A DNA stretch of 64,000 nt from Candidatus Latescibacterota bacterium (GTDB lineage Bacteria; Latescibacterota; UBA2968), in NCBI GenBank assembly GCA_965204745.1, contig OZ242010.1:1760001-1824000 (forward strand), read 5' to 3'. Shown in pieces: positions 1 to 10,888 of the stretch. Made by a program: the position numbers and the translations under genes. How positions within the stretch are numbered: the first letter of the stretch is position 1; the number at the start of each line of letters is the position of its first letter. The notes beneath the pieces were generated by a model that did not search any database, was not told the DNA's origin, and worked only from the letters and a program-made list of their open reading frames with translations.

Positions 1-17
1 GAACGCGGCGCAAAGAC

Positions 18-776
18 GTGATCGTGGTCACAAAGGTCGGCATCGGCTATAAGGATTCCGGGCGGGAGAAAGACCGCGACAGCCGCCGAGAACGGATCAT
101 GGCGTCTGTGGAAAACAGCTTGCGGTTTTTGAACACGGATTACATCGACGTGTATCTGATCCATTGGCCCGACCGGCACACGCCGTTTGACGAAACCATG
201 CGCGCGATGGGCGATCTGGTTCAGCAGGGCAAAGCGCGGTTTGTGGGCGTGTCGAATTTCAGGGCGGAAGAGATCGACGCGTGCATGAACACGCGCCGCG
301 TGGATGTGGGGCAATACGGGTATCACATGTTTGATCGGCGCATGGAAAGAGATGTTTTTCCCTCTTGCGAAGCGCACGGCATCGGCATGATGGGCTACGG
401 GTCCCTCGCGCACGGCTTGTTGACCGGCGCGTTTGACGAACACACGACATTTGACGCAGGCGATTGGCGATCTCGGGGCGGGTTGTTCAACATGCCGTTG
501 TTCACAGAAGAGAATTTTCCCCGCAATTTGAAGGTGGTGGAAGCCCTCAAACAGATGGCGGCGGACCGCGGCACAGCAGTGCATCACTTGGCACTGGCGT
601 GGGTGTTGTCCAACCCGGTGATCAGCACCGCGCTGGTGGGCGTGCGTCAACCAGCCGAAGTCGCGTCAAACATGGGCGCGTTGGAATTGACCTTGTCCGC
701 AGACGACAAGGCCGCCATAGATGCGGTATTTGAACGATGCGGCGTGGATACGCGCCCGGATATTTGGGTGGAGTAA
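18..776 (+). CDS. Aldo/keto reductase (probably truncated at the 5' window edge)
   Basis: AKR motifs TKVG, SLRFLNTDYIDVYLIHWPD, GKARFVGVSNF, GSLAHGLLTG, LALAWVL. Confidence 0.9.
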   Translation: MIVVTKVGIGYKDSGREKDRDSRRERIMASVENSLRFLNTDYIDVYLIHWPDRHTPFDETMRAMGDLVQQGKARFVGVSNFRAEEIDACMNTRRVDVGQYGYHMFDRRMERDVFPSCEAHGIGMMGYGSLAHGLLTGAFDEHTTFDAGDWRSRGGLFNMPLFTEENFPRNLKVVEALKQMAADRGTAVHHLALAWVLSNPVISTALVGVRQPAEVASNMGALELTLSADDKAAIDAVFERCGVDTRPDIWVE

Positions 777-813
777 AACGACGAAAAAAGGGGCCAAAGT
801 CCAAGTTCTTTAC

Positions 814-842
814 TTGACATCATCCAAACATGTGACTAAAAT
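814..842 (+). promoter_or_regulatory. Sigma70-type promoter for the HU gene
   Basis: TTGACA(814-819)-N17-TAAAAT(837-842). Confidence 0.75.
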
Positions 843-927
843 AAAACGAGCCAAACAAACTCTAAACCCACTGCTCTTGATGCGTGGGTATGGAGATCAC
901 AAACGCCAATTTTATAGGGAGGTAATC

Positions 928-1257
928 ATGGCGCGAGCACCAACAGCAGTGCAAGAACGGTGGAACAAGGCCCAAATTATCAGCGAGATCGCAGAAAGCA
1001 CCGGCCTCAGCAAGAGAGATGTGGGCAATGTTCTCGATGAATTGGGGACAGCCATTCACCGGCATATCAAAGCGGATTCTGTGGGCGAGTTTGTGTTGCC
1101 TAGCCTGCTCAAGATCCAAAAGCTCAAAAAGCCGGCTCGCAAAGAGCGGCAGGGCGTCAATCCTTTCACGGGCGAAGCCATCACTATCGCCGCAAAGCCC
1201 GCCTCGTGGGGCGTCAAAATCTCCGCCCTCAAAAAACTGAGAGACATGGCCGAATAA
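928..1257 (+). CDS. HU/IHF-family DNA-binding protein
   Basis: GGAGG RBS then ATG at 928; NKAQIISEIAESTGLSKRDV and ARKERQGVNPFTGEAITIAAKP. Confidence 0.9.
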   Translation: MARAPTAVQERWNKAQIISEIAESTGLSKRDVGNVLDELGTAIHRHIKADSVGEFVLPSLLKIQKLKKPARKERQGVNPFTGEAITIAAKPASWGVKISALKKLRDMAE

Positions 1258-1283
1258 TCGCCACATGGATGGGACAGACGCAC

Positions 1284-1320
1284 AAAAGCCCGGCCTTTTA
1301 AGGTTGGGCTTTTTTCTTTT
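1284..1320 (+). terminator. Intrinsic terminator
   Basis: AAAAGCCCGGCCT-TTTA-AGGTTGGGCTTTT hairpin followed by a T-run. Confidence 0.8.
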
Positions 1321-1395
1321 CAAAACGTGTAACGAATTGTATATTTTAGCGCAAGTGCGCGAACGGAATGACAACCCCATCGCCAAGGATGCGAA

Positions 1396-2328
1396 ATGCA
1401 ACTAAAGAGAATAGTCGCGATTGTCTTGGTGGTCTTGACAGGTGCGATCACCACAGCCGAAGCCGTTGAGGTCGTTCTCAAATCCGGTCGCGTCGTGCGC
1501 GGCGAGTTGATTCGAGAAACCGCGACCTCGATTACGCTCCAACTGGCTTCCAGCCGAATCGAGATTTCCAAGTTGAGCATCAAAACCATTGACGGACGCT
1601 CCCCATTTGAACCGCGCAGAGCAACGTCCGCAACATCTGCGGACCTGTTCAACAAAGCCGAGGTGCGAATTTCCGCAGGCGAGTTTCTGATGGGCGATAC
1701 CCGTGACAAAAACGCGCCCGTCCACACAGTGCATCTCGACGCGTATTGGATCGACACGCACGAAGTGACCAACGTGCAGTACCGCGAATTTGTGGCGGAT
1801 AGCAAACGCGCGGAGCCCCGCTATTGGCAGGACGAAAAATACAACAAACCCGATCAGCCCGTCGTTGGGATCTCGTGGGAAGACGCGGATGCGTATTGTG
1901 CGTGGAAGGGCAAACGCCTGCCCACCGAAGCCGAATGGGAGCGCGCGGCCCGAGGCACGCACAGCCAGCTCTATCCATGGGGCGACCGGTTTGACGCCAC
2001 GCGCACCAACACCCGCGAAGCCCGAACCCGCCGCCCCCTTCCCGTGGGCGCGTTTCCGGAAGGCGCGACCAGCGAGGGCCTGCTCGATATGTCGGGCAAT
2101 GTGTGGGAATGGTGCTGGGATTGGTATGACGAATCCTATTATCGCATGTCCCCGCTTCGCAATCCCACCGGGCCGGAAACCGGAAAAAAGCGCGTCATCC
2201 GTGGCGGAGGCTGGAGCGCGCCGCAGATTCACATGGCGAAACGCAGGGGGGAAAAGCCGGATAAGACCTATCCCTCGCTGGGCTTTCGGTGTGCGCGATC
2301 AGATGGCAAAGGCGAGGGTAAAAGGTGA
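1396..2328 (+). CDS. Secreted formylglycine-generating-enzyme (SUMF1/FGE-sulfatase) domain protein
   Basis: Signal peptide; FLMG, HEVTNVQY, RLPTEAEWERAARG, DMSGNVWEW, RVIRGGGW, LGFRCA. Confidence 0.9.
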   Translation: MQLKRIVAIVLVVLTGAITTAEAVEVVLKSGRVVRGELIRETATSITLQLASSRIEISKLSIKTIDGRSPFEPRRATSATSADLFNKAEVRISAGEFLMGDTRDKNAPVHTVHLDAYWIDTHEVTNVQYREFVADSKRAEPRYWQDEKYNKPDQPVVGISWEDADAYCAWKGKRLPTEAEWERAARGTHSQLYPWGDRFDATRTNTREARTRRPLPVGAFPEGATSEGLLDMSGNVWEWCWDWYDESYYRMSPLRNPTGPETGKKRVIRGGGWSAPQIHMAKRRGEKPDKTYPSLGFRCARSDGKGEGKR

Positions 2329-2545
2329 GAGGTGAGACGGGATTTTAGCCACAAAAGGCACAAAAGGCACAAAAGGTGAGACGGGAGAGGTAAGAGGCGA
2401 GAGGTAAGAGGCAAGAGGTAAGAGGCGAGAGGCGAGAGGCGAGAGGCGAGAGGCGAGAGGCGAGAGGTAAGAGGTAAGAGGCGAGAGGCGAGAGGCGAGA
2501 GGCGAGAGGCGAGAGGCGAGAGGCGAGAGGCGAGAGGCGAGAAGG
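2322..2545. repeat. Compound tandem repeat: 9-mers (CACAAAAGG) then about 23 heptamers (GCGAGAG/GTAAGAG/GCAAGAG)
   Basis: Directly visible periodic sequence. Confidence 0.95.
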
Positions 2546-2638
2546 CCACCCAACCCCAAAAGCGGATCGCGGATGAAATGCGAAATGTAGGGATAGGCTC
2601 CTGTGCTTGGTAAAAAGAGACGCGAAAGGAAGATAAAT

Positions 2639-3067
2639 ATGCGGATAGAGACCCACGAGCGGCTGGTCCGTGATGACCCGATTGAGCGGAGTTCCAATCG
2701 CGCCTTTGGCGTTGTGTTCACCGTTTTGTTCGTTGTTATTGGGCTGTTTCCGTTGCTCAATGGCACGTCGCCCCGCTATTGGTCGCTCGGCGTCGCCGGT
2801 GCCATCCTCATCGTGGCACTCGTCAAAGCGGACTGGTTGGCGCCGTTTAACAAGGTCTGGTTCAAGTTCGGCTTGCTCCTCCACCGCATTGTCAGCCCGA
2901 TAGTTTTGGCCCTGTTGTTCTACGCCGTGGTTGTGCCCACGGGGCTGATCATGCGCGCTTTGGGCAAAGACCTGTTGTGTTTGCAGTACGACCGCGAGGC
3001 CGAGAGTTACTGGATCCATCGCCATCCCCCCGGCCCGAATCCCGAATCCCTGAAAAACCAGTTTTGA
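2639..3067 (+). CDS. SxtJ-family membrane protein
   Basis: SSNRAFGVVF, W..FGLLLHRIVSP, PTGLIMRALGKD, SYWI...LKNQF; next to a carbamoyltransferase. Confidence 0.85.
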   Translation: MRIETHERLVRDDPIERSSNRAFGVVFTVLFVVIGLFPLLNGTSPRYWSLGVAGAILIVALVKADWLAPFNKVWFKFGLLLHRIVSPIVLALLFYAVVVPTGLIMRALGKDLLCLQYDREAESYWIHRHPPGPNPESLKNQF

Positions 3068-3075
3068 GGTTTGTC

Positions 3076-3225
3076 ATGTCCTTTCTCCGCGAACTTTGGC
3101 AATTTATGCGCGTCCGCAAAAAGTATTGGCTGTTTCCCATCATCGTCATGATGCTCGTGCTTGGCGGGCTTATCGTGCTGAGTCAAAGCAGCGCAGTCGC
3201 GCCGATGATCTACACGATTTTTTGA
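3076..3225 (+). CDS. DUF5989 (SxtK-like) small membrane protein
   Basis: MSFLRELWQFMRVRKKYWLFP...AVAPMIYTIF. Confidence 0.85.
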   Translation: MSFLRELWQFMRVRKKYWLFPIIVMMLVLGGLIVLSQSSAVAPMIYTIF

Positions 3226-3228
3226 GCT

Positions 3229-5055
3229 ATGAAAATTCTCGGTATCTCCGCGTTCTACCACGACAGCGCCGCGGCCCTCGTAGATGACGGGCGAATTGTC
3301 GCCGCCGCGCAAGAAGAGCGGTTCACGCGCGAGAAGCACGACTCGGGCTATCCGACCAACGCTGTCGCTTACTGTCTCGATCAAGCCGGCATCGCGCTCG
3401 GTGAGATCGACCAGATCGCGTTCTACGACAAGCCCTTCCTCAAATTCGAGCGGTTGCTCGAAACCTACATCGCGTTCGCGCCGCGCGGGTTCCGCTCCTT
3501 CTACATGGCAGTTCCCGTGTGGATCAGGGAAAAGTTGTTTCAAAAAGACCTGTTGCGCCGGGAACTAAAAAAACGCGCCCCAGACGTGGATTGGAACGCC
3601 AAGTTGCTGTTCGCCGAACACCACCAATCGCACGCTGCGAGCGCGTTTTATCCGTCTCCCTTCCGAGACGCGGTCGTTTTAACCATGGACGGGGTCGGCG
3701 AGTGGGCCACCACCTCTGTGGGCATTGGTTGCGGCAACGAGTTGGAGATGACGCGAGAGATTCACTTCCCCCATTCCCTGGGGTTGCTCTACTCGGCGTT
3801 CACGTTTTACACGGGCTTCAAGGTCAATTCCGGCGAATACAAGGTGATGGGCCTCGCGCCTTATGGCGATCCGAAATACGCCTCGACCATTCTCGACCAT
3901 CTGATCGACTTGAAGCAGGACGGCACGTTCCGCCTGGACCTCTCCTATTTTGACTACTGCACCGGGCTAAAGATGACGAATGGCAAGTTCGACTCGCTAT
4001 TTGGCGGCCCGCCGCGCAAGCTAGATGAGCCGCTGACGCAACAGCACATGGATTTGGCGGCCTCCGTACAAGCCGTAGTCGAAAAAGCGGTATTGCGCTT
4101 GACCCGCTCATTGCGGGATGAGACCGGCATCCCCTATCTGTGTCTCGCGGGGGGTGTCGCGCTCAACTGCGTCGCCAATGGCAAGGTGCTGCGGGATGGG
4201 CGGTTTGAGGATATCTGGATTCAGCCGGCAGCCGGCGACGCAGGCGGTGCGTTGGGCGCCGCGTTGGCGGCGAGTCATCGCCTATTCGATGCGCCGCGTT
4301 ATTGTGAAGTTGGCGATGCTATGCGCGGCGCCTTGCTCGGTCCCGCATTTGATCAAGCCGCGATTCGCCACGCCCTCGACTCGGCCGGCGCGCACTACGA
4401 GGTGCTATCGGATAAGGCGTTGATCGACGCCACCGTGTCCGCGTTGGCGGATGGCAAGGCCGTGGGCTGGTTTCAGGGCCGGATGGAATTTGGCCCGCGC
4501 GCCCTCGGCAACCGGTCAATTTTGGCAGATGCGCGTTTGCCCACCATGCAAAAGACGCTCAACCTCAAGGTCAAGCACCGCGAATCCTTTCGCCCGTTCG
4601 CACCGAGCGTGCTGCGAGAGGATGTGTCGGATTGGTTCGATCTCGCGTGCGACAGCCCCTATATGTTGCTCGTGGCAGATGTGACGTCCAAACGGCGCAA
4701 GCGCGTGGCTGAAACGCTTTTCGGCATCGACCGCCTAAACGCACCGCACTCGGACATTCCCGCAGTGACGCATGTGGATTACTCGGCCCGCATCCAGACG
4801 GTCCATCGCGAGACCAACCCCCGCTACCACGCGCTACTCAAAGCGTTCAAGGCGAAAACCGATTGCCCGGTCATCGTGAACACCAGCTTTAACGTGCGCG
4901 GCGAACCCATTGTTTGCACGCCCGCTGACGCCTTCCGCTGTTTCATGGGCACGGACATCGACTGCCTCGCTATCGGCAATTGCTTCTTGGAAAAGGAAGA
5001 TCAGGATCCCTCGCTCAAAATTGAAAATTACGAGGACTCGTTCGAGTTGGATTGA
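3229..5055 (+). CDS. O-carbamoyltransferase (NodU/CmcH/SxtI family)
   Basis: ILGISAFYHDSAAAL, QEERF, EHHQSHAASAF, DGVGE, GEYKVMGLAPYG, EFGPRALGNRS, RESFRPFAP, NTSFN. Confidence 0.95.
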   Translation: MKILGISAFYHDSAAALVDDGRIVAAAQEERFTREKHDSGYPTNAVAYCLDQAGIALGEIDQIAFYDKPFLKFERLLETYIAFAPRGFRSFYMAVPVWIREKLFQKDLLRRELKKRAPDVDWNAKLLFAEHHQSHAASAFYPSPFRDAVVLTMDGVGEWATTSVGIGCGNELEMTREIHFPHSLGLLYSAFTFYTGFKVNSGEYKVMGLAPYGDPKYASTILDHLIDLKQDGTFRLDLSYFDYCTGLKMTNGKFDSLFGGPPRKLDEPLTQQHMDLAASVQAVVEKAVLRLTRSLRDETGIPYLCLAGGVALNCVANGKVLRDGRFEDIWIQPAAGDAGGALGAALAASHRLFDAPRYCEVGDAMRGALLGPAFDQAAIRHALDSAGAHYEVLSDKALIDATVSALADGKAVGWFQGRMEFGPRALGNRSILADARLPTMQKTLNLKVKHRESFRPFAPSVLREDVSDWFDLACDSPYMLLVADVTSKRRKRVAETLFGIDRLNAPHSDIPAVTHVDYSARIQTVHRETNPRYHALLKAFKAKTDCPVIVNTSFNVRGEPIVCTPADAFRCFMGTDIDCLAIGNCFLEKEDQDPSLKIENYEDSFELD

Positions 5056-5128
5056 GGCATAAAGACAGAACGCGCAGGCGGGAATGATCGGGAGCAAAAC
5101 ATGACTGCCAGAAAGGAAGAGATACATC

Positions 5129-6427
5129 ATGGCAGACTCCGAAACGCACGGCTTAAAAACGCCTCTGAGAAAAACCCGTCGTGTACTCCGATTGATCGGC
5201 TGGAACCTGTTACTTACGCTCGCGGGCTTGGCTTTGATCGCGCTGACTGGGGAAGTCTATCTCCGGCTGAAAAGGTCGATGATGCCGTTCACCACATGGA
5301 GATATCCCTTACACTTTGTCCCAAAGGTAGGTTTGATACCGAAACCCAACGCCGAGGTGCGCTGGACAAACCATCGTGATTTCTGGACCATCTCTCGAAC
5401 CAACAGCCTCGGGTTTCTCGACCGTGAACCCATCCGTTCTGAACGCGCCGCCGAAAGTTGTCACATCGCGATGATCGGAGATTCGTTCGTCCAAGCCAAA
5501 GAGGTGTCCATCGCCGATAAGTTTCATGTCCGCCTCGAAGAACTCGCCACCCAAGAGTTGCCCCACTTGGACATCACCACGTCGGCATTTGGGATAGGGG
5601 GCATCGGACAGATCAACCAACTGCCGTATTACGATGAATTTGCGCGGCATCTGTCTCCCAAACTCGTCGTGCTCGTTTTTGTTGACAACGACTTCAGGAA
5701 CAACACCCCTATCCTGGCCGCGTTGGATTGGAAAGTCCATCCGGACCGGCAACCATTCGTCACGGCAACAAGAGATGAGAACGGTACTATAAAACTGCGG
5801 CCACCCCACCCGGATTGGCAGAGGTTCCCGAGGTTCCCGAGGTTCATATTGCCCCAAGCCCTTGATAGGCATATCGTTAGGTACCAGCAACATTGGTCCT
5901 ACTTCGTGCAAGAGTTACGCCACAATATATCCGCCTTGTTTCCATCCCAATCTCCTTACCTGACTGCCTGGTTGAAATTATTGAGCGGAGACCCCGCCTA
6001 CGAATCGCTGTTTAATGGAGGGCAACCGAAGACTCTGGCGGATATCCCGCATCAGTTTGAGAAAAAGACTCTGTTGCCCGCCTTTAAGAAAGAGTTGGCG
6101 TTCACGGCTTTTGCCTTGGATCAATTTAAGGAACGCACCGAGCGCGACGGTGCCTCATTGGTCATCTTGGCGAGCTACACCATGGGCACTCGAGGTCATG
6201 CTCCCTTTGGTCACATGAGCGCCTTGACCGAGGTCCGCAACATTCCCGTTATTGACCAGTACGACTATATCCACCGTCAAGGTGCCGATCCTGAAAGAGA
6301 CCCGAGATGGGCAAACGATGGGCACTGGAATGTCGCCGGACATCAATGGGCTGCCGAAGCCCTGCTCGAATATCTCAAGGAAAACCCGGAAATTTGCACT
6401 CGGCCGGCAGACACAAGAGCACCCTGA
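5129..6427 (+). CDS. Membrane-anchored SGNH/GDSL hydrolase-like protein, copy 1 of 6
   Basis: N-terminal TM helix, TNSLGFLD, GDSF, ND, DGHWN...GH. Confidence 0.85.
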   Translation: MADSETHGLKTPLRKTRRVLRLIGWNLLLTLAGLALIALTGEVYLRLKRSMMPFTTWRYPLHFVPKVGLIPKPNAEVRWTNHRDFWTISRTNSLGFLDREPIRSERAAESCHIAMIGDSFVQAKEVSIADKFHVRLEELATQELPHLDITTSAFGIGGIGQINQLPYYDEFARHLSPKLVVLVFVDNDFRNNTPILAALDWKVHPDRQPFVTATRDENGTIKLRPPHPDWQRFPRFPRFILPQALDRHIVRYQQHWSYFVQELRHNISALFPSQSPYLTAWLKLLSGDPAYESLFNGGQPKTLADIPHQFEKKTLLPAFKKELAFTAFALDQFKERTERDGASLVILASYTMGTRGHAPFGHMSALTEVRNIPVIDQYDYIHRQGADPERDPRWANDGHWNVAGHQWAAEALLEYLKENPEICTRPADTRAP

Positions 6428-6482
6428 CACGCCTAAGATAGGGCACGAGACATTGGATGGAAAGAAAAAGGAAAGAAGTATC

Positions 6483-7760
6483 ATGGCAGACTCCGAAACG
6501 CACGGCTTAAAAACGCCTCCAGGAAAAATTCGCCATGTCCTGCGGGTGATCGCCTATAATGTTTTGTTCACGGTTATCGGTCTGGGTTTTATCGCGCTGA
6601 CTGGGGAAGTTTATCTTCGGCTGAAAAGGTCAATGCTTCCGTTCGCTACAGATAGATATCCCTTACACTTTGTCCCAAAGGTAGGTTTGGTGCTGAAACC
6701 CAACACCGAGGTGCGCGCGACAAACCATCGTGATTTCTGGACCATCTCTCGAACCAACAGCCTCGGGTTTCTCGACCGCGAACCCATCGGTTCTGACTGC
6801 GCCGCCGAAAGTTGTCACATCACCATGATCGGCGATTCCTTTGTTTTAGCCGGAGAGGTGCCCATCGCCGATAAGTTTCACGTTCGCCTTGAAGAACTCG
6901 CCGCCCGGCACCTGCCCCACTTGGACATCACCACGTCGGCATTTGGGATAAGGAACACCGGACAGATCAATCAACTGCCGTATTACGATGAATTTGCGCG
7001 GCATCTGTCTCCCAAACTCGTCGTGCTCGTTTTTGTTGACAACGACTTCAGAAACAACTCACCATTCCTGGCCGCGTTGTCGTGGAAAGTCCATCCGGAC
7101 CGGCAACCATTCGTCACGGCAACAAGAGATGAGAACGGTACCATAAAACTGCGACCACCCCACCCGGATTGGCAGAGGTTCCAGAGGTTCATATTGCCCC
7201 AACCCCTTGATAGGCATATCGTTAGGGACCAGCAACATTGGTCCTACTTCGTGCAAGAGTTGCGCCACGATATATCCGCCTTGTTTCCATCCCAATCTCC
7301 TTACCTGACTGCCTGGTTGAAATTATTGAGCGACCACCCCGCCTACGAATCGCTGTTTAATGGAGGGCAACCGAAGACTCTGGCGGATATCCCGCATCAG
7401 TTTGAGAAAAAGACGCTGTTGCCCGCCTTTGAGAAAGAGTTGGCGTTCACGGCCTTTGCCTTGGATCAATTTAAGGAACGCACCGAGCGCGACAAAGCCT
7501 CATTGGTCATCTTGGCGAGCTACACCATGGGCACTCGAGGTCACGGCTACTTTGATCACCTGAGTGCCTTGGCCGAGGTCCGCGGCATTCCCGTTATTGA
7601 CCAGTACGATTATATCCACCGTCAAGGTGCCGATCCTGAAAAAGACCCGAGATGGGCAAACGATTACCACTGGAACATCCAAGGTCATCAATGGGCCGCC
7701 GAAGCCCTGCTTGAATATCTCAAGGAAAACCCGGAAATTTGCAGAAAAAAAACGCCCTGA
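6483..7760 (+). CDS. SGNH hydrolase-like protein, copy 2
   Basis: Same motifs; start set by homology (MADSETHG). Confidence 0.85.
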   Translation: MADSETHGLKTPPGKIRHVLRVIAYNVLFTVIGLGFIALTGEVYLRLKRSMLPFATDRYPLHFVPKVGLVLKPNTEVRATNHRDFWTISRTNSLGFLDREPIGSDCAAESCHITMIGDSFVLAGEVPIADKFHVRLEELAARHLPHLDITTSAFGIRNTGQINQLPYYDEFARHLSPKLVVLVFVDNDFRNNSPFLAALSWKVHPDRQPFVTATRDENGTIKLRPPHPDWQRFQRFILPQPLDRHIVRDQQHWSYFVQELRHDISALFPSQSPYLTAWLKLLSDHPAYESLFNGGQPKTLADIPHQFEKKTLLPAFEKELAFTAFALDQFKERTERDKASLVILASYTMGTRGHGYFDHLSALAEVRGIPVIDQYDYIHRQGADPEKDPRWANDYHWNIQGHQWAAEALLEYLKENPEICRKKTP

Positions 7761-7869
7761 CGCATTTTAAGACAGAGCACGGGATGACGGGCAATAGGCA
7801 TAAAGACGGAACGCGCAGGCGGGAATGATCAGGAGCAAAACATGACTGCTAGAAAGGGAGAGATACATC

Positions 7870-9180
7870 ATGGCGGACACGGAGCCAAAAATCACAAATT
7901 CAATAAAAACGATAATTTATCCCCCCAGAAAAATTCGCCGTGTGTTGCGAGTGATCGTCTGTAATGTGTTATTCACGTTTATCGGTCTAGGTCTCATCGC
8001 GCTGACTGGGGAAGTCTATCTCCGGCTGAAAAGGCCAATGATGCCGTTCTCTACATATAGCTATCCCTTACATAGATATCCCTTACACTTTAGCCCAAAG
8101 GTAGGTTTGGTGCTGAAACCCAACGCCGAGTTGCACGCGATAAACCATAGTGATTTCTGGACCATCTCTCGAACCAACAGCCTCGGGTTTCTCGACCGTG
8201 AACCCATCCGTTCTGAACGCGCCGCCGAAAGTTGTCACATCACGATGATCGGCGATTCCTTTGTCCACGCCCAAGAGGTGCCCATCGCCGATAAGTTTCA
8301 CGTCCGCCTCGAAGAACGCGCCGCCCGGCACCTGCCCCACTTGGACATCACCACGTCGGCATTTGGGATAGCGAACACCGGACAGATCAACCAACTGCCG
8401 CTTTACGATGAATTTGCGCGGCATCTGTCTCCCAAACTCGTCGTGCTCGTTTTTGTTAACAACGACTTCAGGAACAACTCACCATTCCTTGCCGCGTTGT
8501 CGTGGGAAGTCCATCCGGACCGGCAACCATTCGTCACGGCAACAAGAGATGAGAACGGTACCATGAAACTGCGACCACCCCACCCGGATTGGCTGAGGTT
8601 CAGATTGTCCCAAGCCCGTGATAGGCATGTCGCTAAGGACCAGTACGTTAGGTCCTACTTCGTGCAAGGGTTACGCCACAATATATCCGCCTTGTTTCCA
8701 TCCCAACAGCCTTTGCCTAACTGGGTGAAACTTTTGAGCGACCACCCCGGCTACGAATCGCTGTTTAATGGATGGCAACCGAAGATTCGGGCGGAGATCC
8801 AGCAGCAGTTTGAGAAAAAGACGCTGTTGCCCGCCTTTGAGAAAGAGTTGGCGTTCACGGCCTTTGCCTTGGATCAATTTAAGGAACGCACCGAGCGCGA
8901 CGGCGCCTCATTGGTCATCTTGGCGAGCTACACCATGGGCACTCGAGGTCATGCTCCCTTTGATCACATGAGTGCTTTAGCCGAGGCCCGCGGCATTCCC
9001 GTTATTGACCAGTACGATTATATCCACCGTCAAGGTGCCGATCCTGAAAGAGACCCGAGATGGACAAACGATTGGCACTGGAATGGCGCCGGACATCAAT
9101 GGGCCGCCGAAGCCCTGCTCGAATATCTCAAGAAAAACCCGGAAATTTGCACTCGGCCGGCGGACAAAGGAACGCCCTGA
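7870..9180 (+). CDS. SGNH hydrolase-like protein, copy 3
   Basis: Same motifs. Confidence 0.85.
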   Translation: MADTEPKITNSIKTIIYPPRKIRRVLRVIVCNVLFTFIGLGLIALTGEVYLRLKRPMMPFSTYSYPLHRYPLHFSPKVGLVLKPNAELHAINHSDFWTISRTNSLGFLDREPIRSERAAESCHITMIGDSFVHAQEVPIADKFHVRLEERAARHLPHLDITTSAFGIANTGQINQLPLYDEFARHLSPKLVVLVFVNNDFRNNSPFLAALSWEVHPDRQPFVTATRDENGTMKLRPPHPDWLRFRLSQARDRHVAKDQYVRSYFVQGLRHNISALFPSQQPLPNWVKLLSDHPGYESLFNGWQPKIRAEIQQQFEKKTLLPAFEKELAFTAFALDQFKERTERDGASLVILASYTMGTRGHAPFDHMSALAEARGIPVIDQYDYIHRQGADPERDPRWTNDWHWNGAGHQWAAEALLEYLKKNPEICTRPADKGTP

Positions 9181-9331
9181 CACGCCTAAGACAGGGCATG
9201 GGATTGACGGGCAATAGGCATAAGCAGGCGGGAAGAAACGCGCACAATCGGCTTCACAAGAAGACAAAGACGCCTTATCGGGCAACGCCGCCCTGGCAAG
9301 CCCTATCAGGCAAACAGAACGAGATTCAGCC

Positions 9332-10882
9332 ATGCACGCACGGCGCAAATTGCCCATCGGCATTCAGACCTTTCGCGAGATTCGCACACAGAACCACTAC
9401 TACGTCGACAAGACCGCCTACATTCGGCGGCTGGTGGACGAAGGCAAGCATTACTTTCTTTCCCGGCCACGGCGGTTTGGCAAAAGCCTGCTGATCGATA
9501 CCCTCAAGGAACTGTTTGAGGGCAACGAGCCGCTGTTTGAGGGGTTGGACATTCATGCGTGCTGGGACTGGTCGGTTCGCTACCCTGTGGTGCGGCTGAG
9601 CTTTGGCGGAGGCGACTTCAAGGTGCCGGGTTACTTACACACGAACCTGATGGCGCAGTTGGACGCCGTCGAACGACAGATGCAAGTGGTTTCCAAATAC
9701 GCCACGGCACCGGAGCGTTTCGGCCATCTCATCGAGATGTTGCACATCCGCGCTGGGCAACCCGTCGCGGTGCTGGTGGACGAATACGACAAGCCGATCT
9801 TAGATGCGCTGGAGCAACCGGCGGTCGCCCGGGACAACCGCGACTTTCTGCGCGGCCTCTATGGCGTCATCAAGGACTGCGACGCGCATGTCAAGTTCAC
9901 CCTGTTGACTGGCGTGAGCAAGTTCTCCAAGGTCAGCCTGTTCTCCGGTCTCAACAATCTCAGGGACATCACCCTCGCTTCGCGCTACTCCGCCTTGTGC
10001 GGCTACACCGATGCGGACCTAGACACGGTATTTGCGCCGGAACTCCCCGGCTTAGACCGAGACGAGATCCGCCGCTGGTACAATGGCTACAACTGGCTGG
10101 GCGAGGAGAAAGTCTATAACCCCTTTGACATCCTCCTGCTCTTCGCCGAGCGCAAATTCGGTGCCTACTGGTTCGAGACCGGCACGCCGGCTTTTCTGCT
10201 CGACATGCTGGTGGCGCGTGGAGTCGGTGCCCTAACACTCGACAACCTGCTCGGCAGTGACGAGTTGCTGTCCGCCTTCGATGTCGATCACATCGCCACC
10301 GAGGCCCTGTTGTTCCAGACCGGCTATCTGACCATCCAAAAGGCAGAAGACCGCGGCGGGCAAATGTTCTACCGGTTGGGCTATCCGAACCGGGAGGTGC
10401 GGCAGAGCCTGAACAGAAGCCTGCTGAACCGCTTGACGGAAAACCCCTCGCGCCAGACCCAGCACAGTGCCCGGTTGTTCGACCTGTTGCTGGTCAACGA
10501 CTTCGCCGGCTTGGAGGCACTGTTCAAGGCTTTCTTCGCCGGCATTCCCTACCAGTGGCACGCGAAGAACAACATCGCCGATTACGAGGGCTATTACGCC
10601 AGCGTGTTCTATTCCTGCTTCGCGTCGCTAGGGTTGGACATCACCGTAGAAGACAGCAGCAGTCATGGTCGTCTGGATATGGCGGTGGTCTTCAACGACA
10701 ACGTGTATTTGTTCGAGTTCAAGGTGGTGGAGAATGCCTCTGTAGGCGCGGGACTGGCGCAGTTGCGGGCGCGAGGTTACGCGGATAAGTATCGGCCTCT
10801 GGGGCATCCGATTCACCTGGTCGGGGTGGCGTTCAGCAAGGCGACCCGCAACGTGGCGGCCTTTGAGGTGGCGCAGGCGTGA
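9332..10882 (+). CDS. AAA-family ATPase with C-terminal PD-(D/E)XK nuclease domain
   Basis: KLPIGIQTF, YYVDKT, SRPRRFGKS (Walker A), VDEYDKP (Walker B), GRLDM...FEFK. Confidence 0.9.
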   Translation: MHARRKLPIGIQTFREIRTQNHYYVDKTAYIRRLVDEGKHYFLSRPRRFGKSLLIDTLKELFEGNEPLFEGLDIHACWDWSVRYPVVRLSFGGGDFKVPGYLHTNLMAQLDAVERQMQVVSKYATAPERFGHLIEMLHIRAGQPVAVLVDEYDKPILDALEQPAVARDNRDFLRGLYGVIKDCDAHVKFTLLTGVSKFSKVSLFSGLNNLRDITLASRYSALCGYTDADLDTVFAPELPGLDRDEIRRWYNGYNWLGEEKVYNPFDILLLFAERKFGAYWFETGTPAFLLDMLVARGVGALTLDNLLGSDELLSAFDVDHIATEALLFQTGYLTIQKAEDRGGQMFYRLGYPNREVRQSLNRSLLNRLTENPSRQTQHSARLFDLLLVNDFAGLEALFKAFFAGIPYQWHAKNNIADYEGYYASVFYSCFASLGLDITVEDSSSHGRLDMAVVFNDNVYLFEFKVVENASVGAGLAQLRARGYADKYRPLGHPIHLVGVAFSKATRNVAAFEVAQA

Positions 10883-10888
10883 TCGACC

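Noticed and set aside
2322-2545. CRISPR array, or the ORFs 2268-2549 and 2299-2766
   Set aside because: No unique spacers or cas genes; the LASRLSP-type ORFs are translations of the heptamer repeat.
2639-5055. Saxitoxin biosynthesis
   Set aside because: Only sxtI/J/K-like genes, which are widespread; no sxtA or sxtG-like core genes.
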